In this document: one piece after another, positions 1 through 8,082 of the stretch | Layout: each line of letters starts with the position of its first letter | Position numbering within the stretch: the first letter of the stretch is position 1 | Assembly (NCBI GenBank): GCA_019428855.1 | Contig: JAHYJV010000002.1 | Span: forward strand, 1,917-65,916 | Source: Patescibacteria group bacterium | GTDB lineage: Bacteria; Patescibacteriota; Minisyncoccia; JAHIHE01; JAGLIN01 | Reading direction: 5' to 3' | DNA: 64,000 bases | The notes under the pieces: generated by a model | What the model saw: the letters and a program-made list of their open reading frames with translations, nothing else | Told to the model about the DNA's origin: nothing | Database searches by the model: none | Position numbers and translations under genes: made by a program

Positions 1-858
1 GCTGACGTACACATTATTGGCAAAGATATTTTGAGATTTCATGCTGCCATTTGGCCAGCTATACTCCTTTCTGCTGGACTTTCTTTGCCTAAAAAATTAT
101 TCGTTCATGGATTTATCACTTCGGATGGTCAGAAAATAAGTAAATCTTTGGGAAATGTTATTGATCCAATTGCAGTTGCTAAAAAATATGGGGTTGATGC
201 CCTGCGATATTATTTGCTTAAAGAAATTCCTTCTGGTGGAGACGGCAACTTTTCTTTCGAAAGGTTTGAGGAAATTTATAAATCAGATTTGCAAAATGGA
301 CTTGGAAATTTAATAGCCAGAACACTAACCATGCCAGAAAAATACTTTTATAATCAAGTTCCAAATATTAATTTGGAAAAAACGGGGCAGGCGGAAACAT
401 ATTCAAAGAATGATGAAAATAGAACTTTTGGCTCAAGTAGAAGTGATATTGAAAAAGTGTGGGAATTGATTGATGGCAGTATAAATGATTTTAAACTGGA
501 TCGAGCTTTGGGGCTTATTATTTCTTTTGGTGATATCAAAAAAGAAGATATAAATGGTGTAGTTCCAAAATTAAATAATTATATTGATTATTCAGAGCCC
601 TGGAAGTTAATCAAAGAAGATAAAGAACAAACAGCCATCGTAGTATATAATTTACTTGAATCTCTTCGCCAAATCGCCTGGATGATTCGCCCATTTTTGC
701 CAGAAACATCAGACAAAATTTTTGCTCAATTATTTGCAGATGAAAAAGAAAGAGAACATGAGCTTCATAGAACCTTAAAAGAAGCACAAAAATGGGGCGG
801 ATTAAAACCTGGCACGAAAATAAAAAAAGGCGAGATTATGTTCCCACGCTTAGTTTGA
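1..858 (+). CDS. metG: methionyl-tRNA synthetase, C-terminal part (5' end outside window)
   Basis: Frame is open from nt 1 and in frame with track ORF 31..858. 'GKDILRFHAAIWPA' and the KMSKS-type loop 'KISKSLGN' are typical of the end of the MetRS catalytic core, followed by a helical anticodon-binding region. TGA stop at 856-858. Confidence 0.9.
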   Translation, partial: ADVHIIGKDILRFHAAIWPAILLSAGLSLPKKLFVHGFITSDGQKISKSLGNVIDPIAVAKKYGVDALRYYLLKEIPSGGDGNFSFERFEEIYKSDLQNGLGNLIARTLTMPEKYFYNQVPNINLEKTGQAETYSKNDENRTFGSSRSDIEKVWELIDGSINDFKLDRALGLIISFGDIKKEDINGVVPKLNNYIDYSEPWKLIKEDKEQTAIVVYNLLESLRQIAWMIRPFLPETSDKIFAQLFADEKEREHELHRTLKEAQKWGGLKPGTKIKKGEIMFPRLV

Positions 859-972
859 TGCGATAGCCAGAGCAACTAGTATTAATAATATCAACATTAA
901 TATTTCTAGTCTCACTATTATTTCACATAATGCAAATCCAATATTTTTTGTGTTGATTATCTCATTGTTCAT
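850..972 (-). CDS. candidate 40-aa hydrophobic small protein (MNNEIINTKNIGFALCEIIVRLEILMLILLILVALAIASN)
   Basis: ATG at 972-970 lies 6 nt downstream of a strong SD AAGGAGAG (reverse complement of 979-986). The C-terminal half is a hydrophobic, TM-like stretch. It lies in the 168-bp metG/tatD gap and overlaps the metG stop by 9 nt. Track ORF 850..1218 is a longer extension that would run antisense through the tatD start. No homology evidence. Confidence 0.3.
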   Translation of the reverse strand: MNNEIINTKNIGFALCEIIVRLEILMLILLILVALAIASN

Positions 973-1026
973 AATTAACTCTCCTTTTTTGATTATAGCA
1001 TAAAAATAATTAAATATTAAATTTAT

Positions 1027-1809
1027 ATGATAGATACACATGCACATCTTGATTTCAATGAATTTGATGATGACCGAGAGGAAATTATCAAACGGTTTTT
1101 TGACAGTGGTGGTGAAAAGTTTGTAAATGTCGGTTGCACTATGCAGTCCAGTAAGCGTAGTTTTGAACTTGCTAAGAATCACGAAAATATTTTCGCTTCC
1201 GCTGGTATTCATCCGCATGATGCCGACACTGTCAATGAGACTTCGTTAAAAAAAATAGAAGAACTTGCTCAACATTACAAAGTTATTGCCATTGGTGAAA
1301 TTGGTCTTGATTTTTTCAAAAGCACATCTTCTCGTGAAGTTCAAATTACAGCACTTAAAGCTCAACTTGAACTGGCTGAAAATCACAAAATGCCAGTTAT
1401 TATTCATTGCCGAGATGCCTATAATGAATTACTTGATATTCTGAGAGAATATAAAACCTCCAATTGGAAAGGCGTAATTCATTGTTATACTGCCAGTTGG
1501 TCTATTGCCAGTGAATTTATTAACCTCGGATTTACCCTCGGATTTACAGGAATTGTCACATATTACAAGGATAAAAATGAATTTGACGGCGAGCCAGAAA
1601 TCTACAAGACTATTAAAAAGATGCCACTTGAACGAATTCTCGTTGAAACTGATTGCCCTTATCTATCCCCTGTTCCTGAACGAGGAAAAAGAAACGAACC
1701 ACTCTTCGTCAAATATGTCATTGAAAAAATTGCCGAAATCAGAAATTTAAGTTTTGACGAAATTGAAAAATTGACGAGTGAGAATGCGGAAAAGTTGTTT
1801 AATATTTGA
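1027..1809 (+). CDS. tatD: TatD-family metal-dependent hydrolase/DNase
   Basis: 260 aa. N-terminal 'IDTHAHLDF' metal-binding motif, 'GEIGLDF', 'PVIIHCRDA' and 'ETDCPYL' are the canonical TatD motifs. Confidence 0.9.
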   Translation: MIDTHAHLDFNEFDDDREEIIKRFFDSGGEKFVNVGCTMQSSKRSFELAKNHENIFASAGIHPHDADTVNETSLKKIEELAQHYKVIAIGEIGLDFFKSTSSREVQITALKAQLELAENHKMPVIIHCRDAYNELLDILREYKTSNWKGVIHCYTASWSIASEFINLGFTLGFTGIVTYYKDKNEFDGEPEIYKTIKKMPLERILVETDCPYLSPVPERGKRNEPLFVKYVIEKIAEIRNLSFDEIEKLTSENAEKLFNI

Positions 1810-1864
1810 AACTGAATTGCACATAAAATATCATTAGACTTATTTTGAATTATTTTTATAAAAA

Positions 1865-2701
1865 ATGAAGAAAAAATATAAGATTTTTACATTTATAATA
1901 AGTATAGGATGTCTTTTGATCACTTATGCTTATTTTGTTGAACCTAATATTCTGAAAGTTGAAAACCAAACAATAACACTAACCTGTCTTAAATCTGATA
2001 TTTCAGACATTAATTTTCTTCAAATTTCTGATTTGCATTTTTCAGAAGATACGCCAAAAGAAAAAATTGACCGACTTATAAACGAAATTACAAAACAGAA
2101 AGCTGTGGCGATTTTCATCACAGGAGATTTAATTACTAATAAAAATGGAATTGATAATATTTCATACTTTTTAGGAAATATTTCAAAATCTTTTCCAACA
2201 TTTATCGTTCTCGGAAATTGGGACTATTCAGCGTTAAATTATAAGGTAAAAGATTTTAAAAATATTCTAGAGAAAGCTGGTGCAAAAGTTCTTTTGAATG
2301 ATTCTTTTAATCTTAGTGTTGACAAGGAAAATATTGAATTAGTTGGTATTATTGATCCTGATTCAAGCGAAGATAGCAAAAAAGATTTAACTGAAGCTTT
2401 CGGCACAATTAATGACAGTAGATGTAAAATTCTATTATCCCATTCTCCAGGAATTATAAAAATTGCAACAGAAAAAGACATAGACTTAGTATTAGCAGGA
2501 CACACTCATGGCGGACAAGTCTATATTCCTTTTTTAAGTGAAACATTAATACCTTCTAACGAAGACGGAAAAGGTTTTGTAAAAGGGTCATACCAATATG
2601 AAAATACTCAGATGTATATTAATCGCGGAATTGGCATATCAGGATTACCATTTAGGTTTCTAAATTCGCCAGAAATAACATTGATTAATCTGACAAATTA
2701 A
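1865..2701 (+). CDS. membrane-anchored metallophosphoesterase (calcineurin-like)
   Basis: 278 aa. N-terminal TM helix, then 'ISDLHF', 'TGDL', 'GNWD' and 'GHTHGGQ', the conserved phosphoesterase motifs. Confidence 0.85.
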   Translation: MKKKYKIFTFIISIGCLLITYAYFVEPNILKVENQTITLTCLKSDISDINFLQISDLHFSEDTPKEKIDRLINEITKQKAVAIFITGDLITNKNGIDNISYFLGNISKSFPTFIVLGNWDYSALNYKVKDFKNILEKAGAKVLLNDSFNLSVDKENIELVGIIDPDSSEDSKKDLTEAFGTINDSRCKILLSHSPGIIKIATEKDIDLVLAGHTHGGQVYIPFLSETLIPSNEDGKGFVKGSYQYENTQMYINRGIGISGLPFRFLNSPEITLINLTN

Positions 2702-2731
2702 TTATTTCTTTCTTGTCAATTCACAAATTTT

Positions 2732-2767
2732 AAGATAAACTAAAAGCATAAGTTTATCTTTTTTGTT
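2732..2767 (+). terminator. intrinsic terminator after the phosphoesterase gene
   Basis: Stem aagataaac (2732-2740) pairs with gtttatctt (2752-2760), followed by TTTTGTT. Confidence 0.6.
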
Positions 2768-2917
2768 AACTAATTTGCAAAAAAATAAGAAATGAAAGTA
2801 TGTTTAATTTCTATGGAGATAAAGTTGAGAACGAAGAAAAAAATACAGAAAAAACCACTCAAGGAAATGAACTCAACTAAGCTGAATAGAAAATTATACT
2901 CCACAAACAACCACGAA

Positions 2918-2969
2918 TTTACATATATCCTTTTTTCTCACGGCCGTGAGAAAAAAGGATATATGTAAA
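2918..2969. repeat. 52-nt perfect palindrome P1 (core TCTCACGGCCGTGAGA)
   Basis: tttacatatatccttttttctcacgg|ccgtgagaaaaaaggatatatgtaaa: 26-nt arms that are exact reverse complements. It shares the core with palindrome P2 at 3543-3582. Confidence 0.95.
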
Positions 2970-3016
2970 AAATAAATTAATAATCGATATAATTATAATA
3001 TTTAATAAAAAATATT

Positions 3017-3547
3017 ATGAAGTTACTAATTACTGACAAATTTTTACTAAATTTATATAGCTATACTGAAAAGCTAGATAAAACTTTTGATATTTTTGCA
3101 TATAAAACAATTCAAGAAGCCTACTGTCCGTCTCTTTATGACTTAAAAAAACAATACGAAAGAGAAAAGAACAAACAAATATTTAGTCAATTAATTTATC
3201 GTCTGAAAAAAAATGGGTATATCAAAATTACAAATTTAAAAAACAATAAAGGAGTCGTCTTGACCCAAAAAGGAGCTGAAAAAGTTTTAAGAGCTAAACT
3301 CAAGACGGAAAAGAAAAGGAAAAGAGCCGACAAAAAATGGCAAATGATAATTTTTGACATTCCTGAAGAAAAAAGATACCTAAGAGATTTACTTCGAGAG
3401 AAGCTTCGAGCACTAGAGTATCAAATGCTTCAGCAAAGTATCTGGGTTTGTCCATACGATGTTCAAAAAGAAACTGAGATTTTATTAAGAGAGCACTCTA
3501 TCGATCCATATGTGAAAATATTTTTAATAGAGGAAATAGAGTTATAA
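3017..3547 (+). CDS. winged-helix plus Cas2-like/PaaX-C-like domain protein (orphan; no CRISPR array nearby)
   Basis: 176 aa. The middle region 'FSQLIYRLKKNGYIKITN...VLTQKGAEKVL' looks like a wHTH. The C-terminal 'WQMIIFDIPEEKRYLRDLLREKLRALEYQMLQQSIWVCPYD' resembles the N-terminal ferredoxin-fold strand-helix of Cas2 and the PaaX C-terminal domain. The functional call rests on motif recall only. Confidence 0.55.
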   Translation: MKLLITDKFLLNLYSYTEKLDKTFDIFAYKTIQEAYCPSLYDLKKQYEREKNKQIFSQLIYRLKKNGYIKITNLKNNKGVVLTQKGAEKVLRAKLKTEKKRKRADKKWQMIIFDIPEEKRYLRDLLREKLRALEYQMLQQSIWVCPYDVQKETEILLREHSIDPYVKIFLIEEIEL

Positions 3548-3582
3548 CCTTTTTACTCACGGCCGTGAGTAAAAAGGTTATA
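3543..3582. repeat. 40-nt perfect palindrome P2 (core ACTCACGGCCGTGAGT)
   Basis: tataacctttttactcacgg|ccgtgagtaaaaaggttata: exact 20-nt arms. The left arm contains the TAA stop (3545-3547) of the preceding gene. P1 and P2 share CC-TTTTT(T/A)CTCACGGCCGTGAG(A/T)AAAAA-GG. Confidence 0.95.
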
Positions 3583-3611
3583 GTAAAAATCAATTAAAAT
3601 AACGAATAATT

Positions 3612-6600
3612 ATGGAAAAATATAATCACAAAAAAATTGAAAAAAAATGGCAAAATGTTTGGGATGAAAGTGAAATATATCAAGCCAAAGATTCATCAAA
3701 AAAACCGAAATATTATTGTCTGATTGAATTCCCTTATCCATCTGGCGCAGGACTTCATGTGGGACATCTTCGTTCTCATATCGCCATTGATATTGTCGCT
3801 CGCAAAAAAAGAATGGATGGGTTTAATGTGATGTATCCGATTGGATGGGATGCTTTTGGCTTACCAACCGAAAATTTTGCCATCAAAACAAAAACACATC
3901 CAAAAGTTGTAACAAAAAATAATATCAAAAACTATAATCGTCAAATCAAAAGCTATGGCCCAAGTTTTGATTGGTCAAGAGAAATCAATACTACTGACCC
4001 AGAATATTATAAATGGACCCAGTGGATTTTTTTGAAGTTATTTAATAGTTTTTATGATGAAAAGCTAGACAAAGCAAGATTAATTGAAGAACTGAAAGTG
4101 CCAAAGAATTTCAATGAATTTGAAAAAAAAAGATATATTGATAATCACAGACTTGCTTATGAAAAAGAGATGGCGATTAATTGGTGTCCCAGTTGTAAAA
4201 TTGGACTTGCCAACGAAGAAGTTGTCAATGGAAATTGCGAAAGATGTGGTGCCTTGGCCGAGAGAAAAGTGATGAGACAATGGATGCTTCGCATTACAAA
4301 ATATGCCGACCGCTTAATCAAGGATTTGAAGACAGTTGATTATTTGGAAAAAATTAAATCTCAACAAATTAATTGGATTGGAAAATCAGAAGGAGTAACT
4401 ATTAAGTTCAAAGTGAAAAGTGGAAAAATAAAAGATACGAATGACTGCATTGCCACATCGAAAAAAACTCCTCACGATAATAACGAGATTATTGAAGTTT
4501 TCACTACGCGTCCAGACACTTTATTCGGATGCACATATATAGTTCTTTCACCTGAACATCCTTTAATTGAAAAATATAAAAATCAAATAGAAAATTTTAA
4601 GGAGGTTGAAAAATATCAAGATAAAGCTAGCAATAAATCAGATTTGGAAAGAACGGATTTGGCCAAAGAAAAAACAGGAGTGGAACTGAAGGGAATCGAG
4701 GCTATCAATCCAGCAAACAATGAAGAAATTCCCATTTGGATTGCTGATTATGTTCTGGCTTCCTATGGTACTGGTGCGATTATGGCAGTTCCAGCACACG
4801 ATGAAAGAGATTTTGAGTTTGCAGAAAAGTTTGGTATTGCAATTAGGGATGTAGTCGCTCCATTTTTTCAGGCAGATATTGGAAATGAGAACGCCTTACG
4901 ACCTGACAAGAAAACAGTTCGCCGAAGACTAGTTACTGCTTTTGTAAAACATTGGAAAGAAGACAAATATCTTTGTCTTGATTGGAAGAAATTTAAGTGG
5001 CATACCCCAATTATTGGAGGGATTGAAGGGGGAGAAACTCCCGAAGAAGCAGGCTTGCGAGAGATCAGAGAAGAAACTGGTTTTCAAAATATGAAATTTG
5101 TGCATTATCTAGGAGGTGAGCTGCATAATTCTTTTTTTGCTAGACATAAAGATGAAAATCGATATTCAATTGAATATGGAGTATTATTTGAATTGATTGA
5201 TGATAAATGGGAAAAACCAAGTGAAGAAGAAATAAAAAATCATAAAGCTGTTTGGATTAATGCGAAGGAAATGGAAACTTTTTTGAATTTGGAAAGTAAA
5301 AAAATATTATGGCACCGATTGAATGGTAATTTTGAATGTTTTAAAGGAGACGGTGTTAATATAAACTCTGGTTTTTTGGACGGAATGGAAACTATTAAAG
5401 CGAAAAAAGAAATTTCCAATTGGCTCGTAAAAAATAAGCTTGGTCAAAAAGCAGTGAATTTCAAACTTCGCGATTGGATTTTTTCGCGCCAACACTATTG
5501 GGGTGAGCCAATCCCGATTATCAAATGCCGAGAGTGTGGCTTGAAAAAATTAAACATTAAAATGGAATTAAATTTTCGAGTAAATAAAGCTTGGAATCAA
5601 ATAATTGATAATAAAAAAACAATTGAAACTCGAGCACTAAATCCACAAGAAAAAGATAAATTCTTCGGCGATATCAAAGTTGGAGATTTAGTGCGGTTTA
5701 ATAACAAGAATACCCAGGAATTTGAAATTGTCAGAATCAACAAGGTCTATAATTTCAAAAACTTAAGCGAATTATTTGAAACGCAAAAAATAGTTAAAAA
5801 AATATTTACTGATGTAAAAATTAAAAATATATCAGAACTAAAAAAATGCTTTAGCTTTACGGAAGATTATCTAGACCGAATTGAAAAAAATGGTCTAGTT
5901 GGATGGGAATTTGAAAAGATAGACATTACTGAAAATATTTCTCTCTCAGAAAAAGAACTTCCACTGGAACTTCCTAATGTCAAAAATTACGAGCCAACGG
6001 AAACTGGAGAATCGCCACTAGCTAATATAAAAAAATGGGTTGAGATTAAATGTCCAATTTGTGGTGGCAATGCCAAAAGAGAAACAGACACCATGCCAAA
6101 TTGGGCTGGTTCAAGCTGGTATTTTTTGAGATACACAGATCCTGATAATTCAAAAGAATTTGCTTCACAAAAAAATTTACAGCAATGGATGCCAGTTGAT
6201 TTATATAACGGCGGAATGGAACATACCACTCTTCATCTTCTCTATTCTCGATTTTGGCATAAATTTTTATTTGACCTTGAATTTGTCCAGACTTCAGAGC
6301 CATATAAAATGCGTCGCTCGCACGGAATGGTTTTGGCAGAAGATGGTCAGAAGATGAGCAAATCGCGAGGAAACGTCGTCAATCCTGATGAAGTTATTGG
6401 CGAATATGGAGCAGACACTGTTAGATTATATGAAATGTTTATGGGTCCTTATAGCGATGCTATTCCCTGGAACACAACCAGTTTAATTGGTATGAATCGA
6501 TTTTTGCAAAGGATTTGGAATCTACAATCGAAAATTTCAAATACCAAATTACCAAAAAAAGAAACAATTCTGATTGCGACAAATAATCCCGGAAAATTAA

Positions 6601-7610
6601 AAGAACTAAAAAGACATTTTAAAAATTTCCAGATTATTTCTTTAAATGATATTGATAAATCTATTGAAGAACCAGAAGAAAATGAAAAAACATTTGCAGA
6701 TAATTCACTTCTCAAAGCAAGATATTATGCCCAGAAAACAGGCTATCTGACAGTTGCAGATGATAGTGGACTTTGCGTTAATGCACTTGATGGAAGACCA
6801 GGAGTCTTTTCAAGTCGCTATGCTGAGGGTAATGACAAGAAAGGTTGCGTAAAGCTTTTGAAAGAGTTGGAAGGTCTTTCCGACCGATCAGCACACTTTG
6901 AAGCTGTAGTGACGATATATGACTCCAAAAAGGATGAATATCATCAATTTGAGGGTCAGTGTGACGGTGAAATTTTAAGAAAATTCGAGGGAGATAGTGG
7001 GTTTGGATATGATCCAATTTTTATGCCAAATGGTTTTGCAAAATCCTTCGGGCAGTGTTCCATTGAGGAGAAATATTTATTTGATCACAGACAAAAAGCT
7101 ACAAAAAAACTAATCGCTTATCTTGAGAATAATTCGAATAATGATGAAAATAAAATCGAATCATTAATCCACAAAACCATCAAAAAAGTTTCAGAAGATA
7201 TTGATAACTTGAAGTTCAACACTGCCATTTCTCAACTAATGATTTTGGCTAATGAAATAGAAAAAGAAGATAAAATATCATCGGCCAACTTTAAAATATT
7301 TTTGAATTTGCTGTCCCCTTTTGTTCCGCACATCACGGAAGAAATCTGGAAAAATCTAGATGAGAGGCAAAGCATTCACTTGCAGACTTGGCCACAATTC
7401 AATCCACAATTTATCAAAGATACAGAAATAAATTTCGTCATTCAAATCAACGGAAAACTTCGCGATCAAATCATAGTCCCCACTGATATCTCAAAAGAAG
7501 AAGCAAAAAAACTCGCTCTGGAAAGCGAGAAAGTTCAAAAATGGGTTGCAGGAAAGGAAATTAGAAAAGTGTTTTTTGTGAAAGGGAGACTGGTTAATAT
7601 AGTTATCTAA
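3612..7610 (+). CDS. leuS: leucyl-tRNA synthetase with three nested extra domains (1332 aa)
   Basis: All LeuRS landmarks are present and in order: HIGH-type 'HVGH', Zn knuckle 'CPSCK...CERCG', CP1 editing motif 'TTRPDTLFG', 'AVPAHDERDFEFA', 'RDWIFSRQHYWGEPIP', 'KMSKSRGN', and anticodon-binding 'FNTAISQLM'. One uninterrupted frame. Confidence 0.95.
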   Translation: MEKYNHKKIEKKWQNVWDESEIYQAKDSSKKPKYYCLIEFPYPSGAGLHVGHLRSHIAIDIVARKKRMDGFNVMYPIGWDAFGLPTENFAIKTKTHPKVVTKNNIKNYNRQIKSYGPSFDWSREINTTDPEYYKWTQWIFLKLFNSFYDEKLDKARLIEELKVPKNFNEFEKKRYIDNHRLAYEKEMAINWCPSCKIGLANEEVVNGNCERCGALAERKVMRQWMLRITKYADRLIKDLKTVDYLEKIKSQQINWIGKSEGVTIKFKVKSGKIKDTNDCIATSKKTPHDNNEIIEVFTTRPDTLFGCTYIVLSPEHPLIEKYKNQIENFKEVEKYQDKASNKSDLERTDLAKEKTGVELKGIEAINPANNEEIPIWIADYVLASYGTGAIMAVPAHDERDFEFAEKFGIAIRDVVAPFFQADIGNENALRPDKKTVRRRLVTAFVKHWKEDKYLCLDWKKFKWHTPIIGGIEGGETPEEAGLREIREETGFQNMKFVHYLGGELHNSFFARHKDENRYSIEYGVLFELIDDKWEKPSEEEIKNHKAVWINAKEMETFLNLESKKILWHRLNGNFECFKGDGVNINSGFLDGMETIKAKKEISNWLVKNKLGQKAVNFKLRDWIFSRQHYWGEPIPIIKCRECGLKKLNIKMELNFRVNKAWNQIIDNKKTIETRALNPQEKDKFFGDIKVGDLVRFNNKNTQEFEIVRINKVYNFKNLSELFETQKIVKKIFTDVKIKNISELKKCFSFTEDYLDRIEKNGLVGWEFEKIDITENISLSEKELPLELPNVKNYEPTETGESPLANIKKWVEIKCPICGGNAKRETDTMPNWAGSSWYFLRYTDPDNSKEFASQKNLQQWMPVDLYNGGMEHTTLHLLYSRFWHKFLFDLEFVQTSEPYKMRRSHGMVLAEDGQKMSKSRGNVVNPDEVIGEYGADTVRLYEMFMGPYSDAIPWNTTSLIGMNRFLQRIWNLQSKISNTKLPKKETILIATNNPGKLKELKRHFKNFQIISLNDIDKSIEEPEENEKTFADNSLLKARYYAQKTGYLTVADDSGLCVNALDGRPGVFSSRYAEGNDKKGCVKLLKELEGLSDRSAHFEAVVTIYDSKKDEYHQFEGQCDGEILRKFEGDSGFGYDPIFMPNGFAKSFGQCSIEEKYLFDHRQKATKKLIAYLENNSNNDENKIESLIHKTIKKVSEDIDNLKFNTAISQLMILANEIEKEDKISSANFKIFLNLLSPFVPHITEEIWKNLDERQSIHLQTWPQFNPQFIKDTEINFVIQINGKLRDQIIVPTDISKEEAKKLALESEKVQKWVAGKEIRKVFFVKGRLVNIVI
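4854..5342 (+). other. Nudix hydrolase domain inserted in LeuRS (about aa 415-577)
   Basis: Perfect Nudix box GX5EX7REUXEEXGU: 'GGIEGGETPEEAGLREIREETGF' (aa 469-491, nt 5016-5084). It lies between 'ERDFEFAEKFGIAIRDV' and 'GVNINSGFLDG', which are contiguous in ordinary bacterial LeuRS. Confidence 0.8.
5541..5927 (+). other. ASCH/PUA-like domain inserted in LeuRS (about aa 644-772)
   Basis: 'WNQIIDNKKTIETRALNPQEKDKFFGDIKVGDLVRFNN...EFEIVRINKV' matches the ASCH pattern (G-K-K-T-hEhR ... hKhGD). It lies between 'GEPIPIIKCRECG' and 'ELPLELPNV'. Assigned by motif recall; weaker than the other two. Confidence 0.5.
6561..7127 (+). other. RdgB/Ham1 (ITPase) domain inserted in LeuRS (about aa 984-1172)
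   Basis: 'ILIATNNPGKLKEL', 'EENEKTFADNSLLKARYYA', 'VADDSGLCVNALDGRPGVFSSRYA', 'GFGYDPIF' and 'FDHRQKA' align along the whole length with E. coli RdgB motifs (ATGNxGKxxE, ExGxTFxENAxxKA, ADDSGLxVxxLxGxPGxYSARY, GFGYDPxF, SHRxxA). Confidence 0.85.
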
Positions 7611-7636
7611 ATATTAAAATATAATTTACACAAAAT

Positions 7637-7669
7637 AAAATCGAGGATTAAATAATCTTCGATTTTATT
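7637..7669 (+). terminator. intrinsic terminator after leuS
   Basis: aaaatcgagga (7637-7647) pairs with tcttcgatttt (7656-7666), with one G.U, followed by ATT. Confidence 0.55.
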
Positions 7670-7824
7670 GATATCTATAAGTTACGAATATCACCCTAAA
7701 GCAAAAAAATCAAATCCTATAATTAAAATAGATGAGTTAAATTATGAAATTCAATCACCTACTAGCTCTAGAATGAAAGTTATTTTTCGCGTTTTGTAAT
7801 TCAAACATACCTCACTACATATTA

Positions 7825-7852
7825 ATAAAAAACAAGGCAGTTAATTTCCTTG
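7825..7852 (-). terminator. intrinsic terminator of the 348-aa/62-aa cassette
   Basis: Minus strand reads CAAGG-AAATTAACTG-CCTTG followed by TTTTTTATT. The stem overlaps the stop codon of the 62-aa gene. Confidence 0.6.
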
Positions 7853-8029
7853 CTTTAATGTATCTTTAATTTTACTAGATGCACTATTATAAGTTGTTCG
7901 ACAGTCCACGCAAACCTGCAAATGAACTTGAAATGCTTCAACCGAAAAAGGATATAGAACTTCATCTTTTTGCATTTTTTTTATTAGTTCTCTTACCTTT
8001 TTGCAGCTTATCTTTTTATTTATTTCCAT
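7841..8029 (-). CDS. stand-alone zf-HC2 (anti-sigma-type zinc finger) small protein, 62 aa
   Basis: 'SCKKVRELI...(21 aa)...HLQVCVDCR' follows the C-x2-V-x-E-L ... H-L-x2-C-x2-C pattern of the anti-sigma-factor N-terminal zinc finger. No TM segment. Lies 53 nt downstream of the 348-aa gene on the same strand. Confidence 0.5.
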   Translation of the reverse strand: MEINKKISCKKVRELIKKMQKDEVLYPFSVEAFQVHLQVCVDCRTTYNSASSKIKDTLKQGN

Positions 8030-8082
8030 TTTTTTCTCCTACTTTTACTTGTAAATACATTTTACCATTTTTACTGTTTTTG

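Noticed and set aside
2792-2968. 58-codon ORF (ATG 2792, TAA 2966) upstream of the wHTH/Cas2-like gene.
   Set aside because: Its last 16 codons are simply palindrome P1 read as protein. There is no SD and it falls below the track threshold. Kept only as context for the palindrome finding.
3017-3547. Possible CRISPR-Cas locus, suggested by the Cas2-like domain.
   Set aside because: No direct-repeat/spacer array and no cas1 or effector gene exists anywhere in the 64 kb. The two nearby palindromes are single and not arrayed.
4080-7017. Antisense and alternate-frame track ORFs inside leuS (4080..4280, 5307..5495, 5987..6229, 6046..6303, 6160..6357, 6449..6715, 6778..7017).
   Set aside because: All are fully nested in the well-supported leuS frame, have low-complexity products, and lack motifs or start contexts.
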